In this document: piece after piece, positions 59,269-64,000 of the stretch
Layout of the letters: each line of letters starts with the position of its first letter
How positions within the stretch are numbered: the first letter of the stretch is position 1
From: Lysobacteraceae bacterium
GTDB lineage: Bacteria; Pseudomonadota; Gammaproteobacteria; Xanthomonadales; Xanthomonadaceae
Direction of reading: 5' to 3'
Assembly: GCA_028868545.1 (NCBI GenBank)
Contig: JAGWUF010000001.1
Coordinates: 26,204-90,203 of the forward strand
DNA length: 64,000 bases
Notes under the pieces: model-generated
Seen by the model: only the letters and a program-made list of their open reading frames with translations
The model's database searches: none
Told to the model about the DNA's origin: nothing
Program-made: the position numbers and the translations under genes

Positions 59269-59793
59269 TCACAGCGCCACCAACAGCGCGGCAAAGGCTT
59301 CGGCGCTGGCCTGCACGTGGTCGGACAGACGGTGGGAATCGTTGACCAACAGCAGCCGTGCATTGCGCGCGCCGGCCCATTCCACCACCTGCGCGGCCGG
59401 AATCAGCTCGTCGTGCCAGCCGTGGATGATCGAAGTCGGCACGCTGGCGGCCTGCATCGGCGGTGCGCCCTCCATCACCACCGGCGGGGCCATCAGGAAC
59501 AGCCCGGCCACCGGTACCTGCAGCGACACCACACCGCTGATGTAAGCACCCAGACTCGACCCGGCCAGCACCAGCGGGCCACGCGCAACGGCGGCCTGGG
59601 CCAGCGCCTGCAGGCGGGCGATGCGCGCGGCCACATCGCCCAGCGGGGTGACTTCGCGGCGGGCGTCGAGGTCGGTGTAATCGGGGCGTTCGTGGCTCCA
59701 GCCCAGGCGCTCGGCCACGTCGGCCAGTGCGGTCACCTTGGTCGCATCGGGGCCGCTTTCGAAGCCGTGCGAGAGAATGCAATGTCCTTTCAT
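59269..59793 (-). CDS. Small alpha/beta hydrolase (YqiA/UPF0227-like)
   Basis: HGFESGP oxyanion region, GSSLG nucleophile elbow, HGWHDE and SHRL. Confidence 0.85.
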   Translation of the reverse strand: MKGHCILSHGFESGPDATKVTALADVAERLGWSHERPDYTDLDARREVTPLGDVAARIARLQALAQAAVARGPLVLAGSSLGAYISGVVSLQVPVAGLFLMAPPVVMEGAPPMQAASVPTSIIHGWHDELIPAAQVVEWAGARNARLLLVNDSHRLSDHVQASAEAFAALLVAL

Positions 59794-59799
59794 GGGCGA

Positions 59800-59809
59800 A
59801 TGCTAGCAT
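59800..59809. promoter_or_regulatory. Palindromic bidirectional -10 element (ATGCTAGCAT)
   Basis: Reads TAGCAT on both strands, each exactly 6 nt before the ATG of one of two divergent genes (59793 on minus, 59816 on plus). Confidence 0.65.
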
Positions 59810-59815
59810 CGCCGC

Positions 59816-60379
59816 ATGTTCGCCCTCGCCCTGCATCCGCATCCGCTGCCCTATGTGCTGGCACTCGATCACCGCCCGTTGGCGGCCATCGACACCGTGG
59901 TCATCCACTGCACCGAACTGCCGGATCTGGCCACCGCGCGCGACTACGGCGAACGCGTGCTCTACCCGTCAGGCACCGGCAACAGCGGGCATTTCTACAT
60001 CGACCGCGACGGCCGCATCGAGGAATACGTGCCGCCCGACCGCGTGGCCCACCATACCCACGGCTGGAACGCACGCAGCATCGGCATCGAGCTGGTCAAC
60101 ACCGGCCGCTACCCGCGCTGGCTGGATTCGCGCCACCAGGCGATGGCCGAACCCTACCCGGACATGCAGATCACCGCCCTGATCGCCCTGCTGCAATGGC
60201 TGGAGGGCAAGGTGGGCACGCTGCGCGGCATCGCCGGGCACGAGGATCTGGATCTGGGGGAAGTGGACGCCAGCGACGCAGCCGGCGTGACCGTGCGCCG
60301 CAAACGCGACCCGGGGCCGTTGTTCCCATGGCCAACGGTACTGAGTGAAGTGGGGCTGCAACGTATAATCGCGGGATGA
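59816..60379 (+). CDS. N-acetylmuramoyl-L-alanine amidase (Amidase_2/AmpD-like)
   Basis: VVIHCTE, SGHFYIDRDG, AHH...WNARSIGIELVN, GHEDL and RKRDPG motifs; no evident signal peptide. Confidence 0.9.
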   Translation: MFALALHPHPLPYVLALDHRPLAAIDTVVIHCTELPDLATARDYGERVLYPSGTGNSGHFYIDRDGRIEEYVPPDRVAHHTHGWNARSIGIELVNTGRYPRWLDSRHQAMAEPYPDMQITALIALLQWLEGKVGTLRGIAGHEDLDLGEVDASDAAGVTVRRKRDPGPLFPWPTVLSEVGLQRIIAG

Positions 60380-61251
60380 ACGCCCCCGTCTCCGAACTGA
60401 TCGAACTGCTCTCGCTGGAACGGCTGGAAGACAACCTGTTTCGCGGCCAGAGCCGTGACATCGGCACCAAATACGTGTTCGGCGGGCAGGTGCTGGGGCA
60501 GGCGTTGTCGGCGGCGCAGGCCACCTTGACCCAGCCACGCCACGCGCATTCGCTGCACGCCTATTTCCTGCGCGCCGGCAATATCGAGGCACCGATCGTC
60601 TACCACGTGGATCGCACCCGCGACGGTGGCAGTTTCTCGGTGCGCCGGGTCACCGCCATCCAGCACGGCAACGTGATTTTCTTCTGCGCCGCCTCGTTCC
60701 AGGATCAGGAGACCGGCGGCGAGCATCAACTGTCGATGCCGGAAGTCCCCAAGCCCGAGGATCTGGAACCCGCGCCGATCATCCCGCCGGAAAAATTGGC
60801 GCTGCTGCCGACCAAGGTGCAGCGCTGGCTGGATCGTGCCGGCCCGTTCGAATTCCGCCACGTGTATCCGCGCGATGAGCTGAACCCGCCCAAGCGCCCG
60901 CCGTTCCAGCAGGTCTGGTTCCGCCTGACCGAACCCGTGGGCGACGCGCCGGAACTGCACCGCGCCCTGCTGGCCTACGCCTCCGACTTCCACCTGCTGG
61001 GCACCGCCACCTTCCCGCACGGCATCAGCTACTACCAGCCGAACGTGCTGATGGCCTCGCTGGATCATGCGCTGTGGTTCCATCGCCCGTTCCGTGCCGA
61101 CGAGTGGCTGCTGTATGCGATCGACAGCCCCAGCGCGCAGGAAGGACGCGGGCTGGCACGCGGCATGGTATTCGACCGCAACGGCCGGCTGGTGGCCAGC
61201 ACCGCGCAGGAAGGGTTGATCCGCGTGCTGGCCGATGGCGTTTCCGCGTGA
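60376..61251 (+). CDS. tesB: Acyl-CoA thioesterase II
   Basis: VFGGQVLGQAL, HSLHAYFLR, RDGGSFS.RRV, LAYASD and ASLDHALWFH motifs. Confidence 0.95.
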   Translation: MNAPVSELIELLSLERLEDNLFRGQSRDIGTKYVFGGQVLGQALSAAQATLTQPRHAHSLHAYFLRAGNIEAPIVYHVDRTRDGGSFSVRRVTAIQHGNVIFFCAASFQDQETGGEHQLSMPEVPKPEDLEPAPIIPPEKLALLPTKVQRWLDRAGPFEFRHVYPRDELNPPKRPPFQQVWFRLTEPVGDAPELHRALLAYASDFHLLGTATFPHGISYYQPNVLMASLDHALWFHRPFRADEWLLYAIDSPSAQEGRGLARGMVFDRNGRLVASTAQEGLIRVLADGVSA

Positions 61252-62060
61252 GAAAGGTGTTTTCCAGCCAGCGCCTCGAGAATGTGGAGTCGGTGGCCGA
61301 CCTGCTGCGCAGCGAGGGCATCGAGGTCAAGATCGAAAACGGTCGCACCTGGAAAGGCCATCGTCGCGGCAATTTCAGCTACGACAATCGCAGGGCGCCG
61401 TCACAGGTACCGGCGGTCTGGATCGTGCGCGCCGAAGACCAGCCACGCGGTCGCCAGCTGCTGCGCGAGATGGGCTTGCTGGAAAGCACCCGCGAGACAT
61501 TGCCCAGCTTCCTGCCCTTCACGCGTCACGGCGCTGCCGCAGGCAGCGGCAATCTCTGGAAAAGCAAACATCTGCGCATCGGCCTGCTGGCCTTGATTGG
61601 CCTGGGTATCGGCCTGATTGCCTTCACCGCGCGCAAGCAGGCAAACCCGCCCGTCGCGGTTGCGAAACCGGCGCCCTCGCCGCTGGCGAAAGCCCCGACC
61701 TTGCCGGTGCCTGAAACCATCACCGAGCTGGATGTGCATCGCGTCGACGTGCCCACCGCGCTGGCGGTGCTGCTGTTGAGCGAAGCCCTGCACAAGCGCA
61801 AACCCGCCGTGGCCTGTCTCGAAGTGGATGGCAAGGATCCCGCGCCTGCGGTGCTGCAAGCCTTGCCGAAACTGCCGCGCACCCGCGTGTTCGCAGCCTC
61901 GGCCTGCCCGGCGAAAGGCGGCTTCGGCATGGCCGTGCACGACTACATGACCGACGGCAGCGGCCGCGGCCAGGTGCAGCTGGGCCTGGACGCGGAAGAT
62001 GCGCAGCTGGTGGATGTCGAGCGCAGCGGTGCCAAGTGGCAGGTGCTGCGCCGGCACTGA
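61248..62060 (+). CDS. Hypothetical single-pass membrane protein with a DUF2007-like N-terminus
   Basis: MRKVFSSQRLENVE.VA.LL..EGI, a central transmembrane helix IGLLALIGLGIGLIAF and a Pro-rich linker; GTGA overlap with tesB. Confidence 0.65.
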   Translation: MRKVFSSQRLENVESVADLLRSEGIEVKIENGRTWKGHRRGNFSYDNRRAPSQVPAVWIVRAEDQPRGRQLLREMGLLESTRETLPSFLPFTRHGAAAGSGNLWKSKHLRIGLLALIGLGIGLIAFTARKQANPPVAVAKPAPSPLAKAPTLPVPETITELDVHRVDVPTALAVLLLSEALHKRKPAVACLEVDGKDPAPAVLQALPKLPRTRVFAASACPAKGGFGMAVHDYMTDGSGRGQVQLGLDAEDAQLVDVERSGAKWQVLRRH

Positions 62061-62071
62061 GCCCGCAAGCG

Positions 62072-62097
62072 ACACGGCCCGCGCAGTGGCGGGCCGT
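62072..62097. terminator. Hairpin between convergent genes
   Basis: CACGGCCCGC-GCAGTG-GCGGGCCGTG; no clear U-tract. Confidence 0.55.
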
Positions 62098-62114
62098 GGC
62101 ATGTCAATCGTGTC

Positions 62115-62639
62115 TCACTTCTTCGCAGGCGGTGCCGGCGGCGCAGGGGGCGCGGGCGGCGGCATCTGGCCCATGCCGCCATGCCGCATGCCCTGTCGCA
62201 TGCCATGCATCATCGGACCACACACCTCGTGCAGTTTGGCGAATTCCGCGCGGCTCAGCTGGCCGTTCTTGTCGGTATCGGCCTTGTCGAAGCATTCGGC
62301 CTGGCGCGCCGCACGGCGTGCCTGCATGTCTTCGGGGGTTCTGTCGCCTGCGTCCTGCCCATGCATGCGCCCGCCCGCGGCACTCTTGCGCCACGCCGCC
62401 AATTCATCGGCGCTCAGCTTGCCGTCCTTGTTGGTGTCGATCTGGTCGAACTTCTCGGCCAGCCGCGGGAACTTGGCCGCTTCCTCCTTGCTGATCATGC
62501 CATCGCCATTGGCATCCATCCGCAGCATCGGCGCATTCGGCTTGGCTTGCGGTGCAGGCGGCCCGGCCACTTGCGCCAGTGCCATCGTGGAGGCCAGCCC
62601 GGCGGAGACCGCCAGCGTCATCAACAACAATTTGTTCAT
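62115..62639 (-). CDS. Secreted EF-hand calcium-binding protein
   Basis: Signal peptide ending ALA; loops DANGDGMISKEE, DTNKDGKLSADE and DTDKNGQLSRAE; Met/Gly/Pro-rich tail. Confidence 0.85.
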   Translation of the reverse strand: MNKLLLMTLAVSAGLASTMALAQVAGPPAPQAKPNAPMLRMDANGDGMISKEEAAKFPRLAEKFDQIDTNKDGKLSADELAAWRKSAAGGRMHGQDAGDRTPEDMQARRAARQAECFDKADTDKNGQLSRAEFAKLHEVCGPMMHGMRQGMRHGGMGQMPPPAPPAPPAPPAKK

Positions 62640-62751
62640 GGTGTCCTCTCCTCCCGGTACCGCCCGGGGTTGCAGCCGAAAACGCATCGAAGCCCCCCCG
62701 GGTTGACGCCGAACCCCTGCCCGCTGCTGAACGTGGCGCTATGCTGCCGCC

Positions 62752-63471
62752 ATGGGTGGCAACGACGACAACCTGAAACTGTTCCACAGCGCCCCGCACC
62801 CCTGCGGCTACTGGCCCGGACGCGAAGCGCGCGACCTGGTGCTGGATCCACGCGACCCGCGCCTGGCCGCGTTGTACCCGATGGCACTGCAATGGGGCTT
62901 CCGCCGCAGCGGCGACATCGTCTACCGTCCCAGCTGCGGTGGCTGCCGCGCCTGCGTGCCGGTACGGTTGCCGGTGGCGCGCTTCACACCGGATCGCAGC
63001 CAGCGTCGCTGCCTGGCGCGCAACGCCGACATCGAAACGCACGTGGTGCTGCCGGCTTGCCTCGACGAATACCTGGCGCTGTACCAACGCTACCTGGGCA
63101 CCCGCCATCGCGGCGGCGGCATGGACGGCCACGGCGCGCACGAGTTCGAACAATTCCTGATCGGCAGCTGGAACGACAGCCGCTTCCTCGAATTGCGCCA
63201 GACCGGCAGCCATCGGCTGCTGGCGGTGGCCGTCACCGACCTTGCCGACGATGCGCTTTCGGCGGTCTACACTTTCTACGACCCGGACGAAGCCCAGCGC
63301 AGCCTCGGCACGCTGGGCGTGCTCAAGCAGATCGAATGGGCCCGCCGCGATAACCGCGCCCACCTGTACCTGGGCTACTGGATCGCCGGCCACCCGAAGA
63401 TGGACTACAAGCACCGCTTCCGCCCGCTGGAAGCCTTCGACGGGCGCGGCTGGGGCCTGCTGGCCGACTAG
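62752..63471 (+). CDS. ATE1-like aminoacyl-tRNA protein transferase (Bpt/arginyltransferase family)
   Basis: [27 protein letters not shown]...RSLG and YLGYWI...KM.YK motifs. Confidence 0.9.
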   Translation: MGGNDDNLKLFHSAPHPCGYWPGREARDLVLDPRDPRLAALYPMALQWGFRRSGDIVYRPSCGGCRACVPVRLPVARFTPDRSQRRCLARNADIETHVVLPACLDEYLALYQRYLGTRHRGGGMDGHGAHEFEQFLIGSWNDSRFLELRQTGSHRLLAVAVTDLADDALSAVYTFYDPDEAQRSLGTLGVLKQIEWARRDNRAHLYLGYWIAGHPKMDYKHRFRPLEAFDGRGWGLLAD

Positions 63472-63803
63472 TCGCCCTTGGGCGTGGTTCCCGCCGGTGG
63501 CGTCATTCCCGGCTCCACGCTCGGGCTGCGCTTGCGGTCGTAGAAACCGAAGTCCGAATCACTGCGCGCGGACACGATCATCCGCACCATGTTGCCCGGC
63601 ACCATCAGTTCCAGCTCGACCACACGCCCGTCCGGGGCATGCCCTTCCAGCGTCATTTCGATGAATGCACCGCCGGTATCCACTTCCTTGCAGGGCACGA
63701 ACGGCCCCACCGGGCCGGCCTGCAGATAGGGCTTGATGGCATCCCCCAACGCCTCCAGCGCTTGTGGCAAAAAGAACACGGCATAGCCGGAGGTGTCGCT
63801 CAT
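63468..63803 (-). CDS. Conserved-looking hypothetical protein (111 aa)
   Basis: [27 protein letters not shown]...; GAGGA Shine-Dalgarno upstream; codon usage matches the host. Confidence 0.7.
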   Translation of the reverse strand: MSDTSGYAVFFLPQALEALGDAIKPYLQAGPVGPFVPCKEVDTGGAFIEMTLEGHAPDGRVVELELMVPGNMVRMIVSARSDSDFGFYDRKRSPSVEPGMTPPAGTTPKGD

Positions 63804-63814
63804 CGAGTATTCCT

Positions 63815-64000
63815 CAGTTGTGGATCAAGCGGGTGGCAAGAGTGGTCTGCAACAAACGGTTGCTGCCGGCCTGATCACTGTAGCCGGTGCTGCCGGACAG
63901 GCGGTATTGCCTGCACTCACGCGATTGCCCACGGCGTCGTACCCGAAGCTGGCCACATTACCACCGGCCAGTGCGCATGGGTGAGGCGGAAAACTCCGTC
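63815..64000 (-). pseudogene. Probable degraded RHS/YD-repeat fragment (continues beyond the window)
   Basis: Minus strand gives DGVFRLTHA, then after a frame change GGNVASFGYDAVGNRVSAG, then after another change GSTGYSDQAGSNRLLQTT...stop. YDAVGNR and SNRL are typical YD-repeat words. Confidence 0.5.

Noticed and set aside
63793-63984. 63-aa plus-strand ORF at the right edge
   Set aside because: It overlaps the start of the 111-aa minus-strand gene and has no motif or ribosome-binding site. The minus-strand YD-repeat words explain the region better.

Overview
High-GC chromosomal segment that looks Xanthomonadales-like (Lysobacteraceae-type gene sequences and neighbourhoods; this is inference). 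It is mostly core genome: the 3' part of the pst operon with phoU, rnt, rlmB-rnr, tRNA-Leu, tilS-xseB-ispA, eptA, rhlE, a beta-CASP nuclease, an M16 peptidase pair, and a TPP-riboswitch thiamine-uptake module (kinase, TonB receptor, PnuC/PnuT). It continues with an acyl-CoA dehydrogenase, an HNH nuclease, SRP RNA, kdkA with a GT9 glycosyltransferase, tRNA-Ser, dnaQ-rnhA-gloB-fabI-ppiD, tRNA-Asp, the pyrH-frr-uppS-cdsA-dxr-rseP-bamA-lpxD-fabZ-lpxA-lpxB-rnhB-dnaE-accA cluster, aqpZ, rlmKL, an amidase, tesB and a Bpt/ATE-like transferase. I saw no CRISPR array, prophage or transposase. Five things stand out. (1) A 51-bp palindromic repeat sits in frame inside dnaE and has a near-identical intergenic copy 26 kb away. 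(2) A three-gene DUF692/MNIO RiPP cassette has a secreted precursor in which a pair of EF-hands lies between two EGKCGEGKCG motifs. (3) A ~120-bp nested inverted-repeat element supplies the C-terminus and stop codon of RNase T. (4) About 11 genes have a -10-like hexamer 6-7 nt before the start codon, consistent with leaderless mRNAs; in one case a 10-bp palindrome serves two divergent genes. (5) A probable frameshifted RHS/YD-repeat remnant lies at the right edge. No searches or computations were run, so family assignments come from recognising motifs in the translations.
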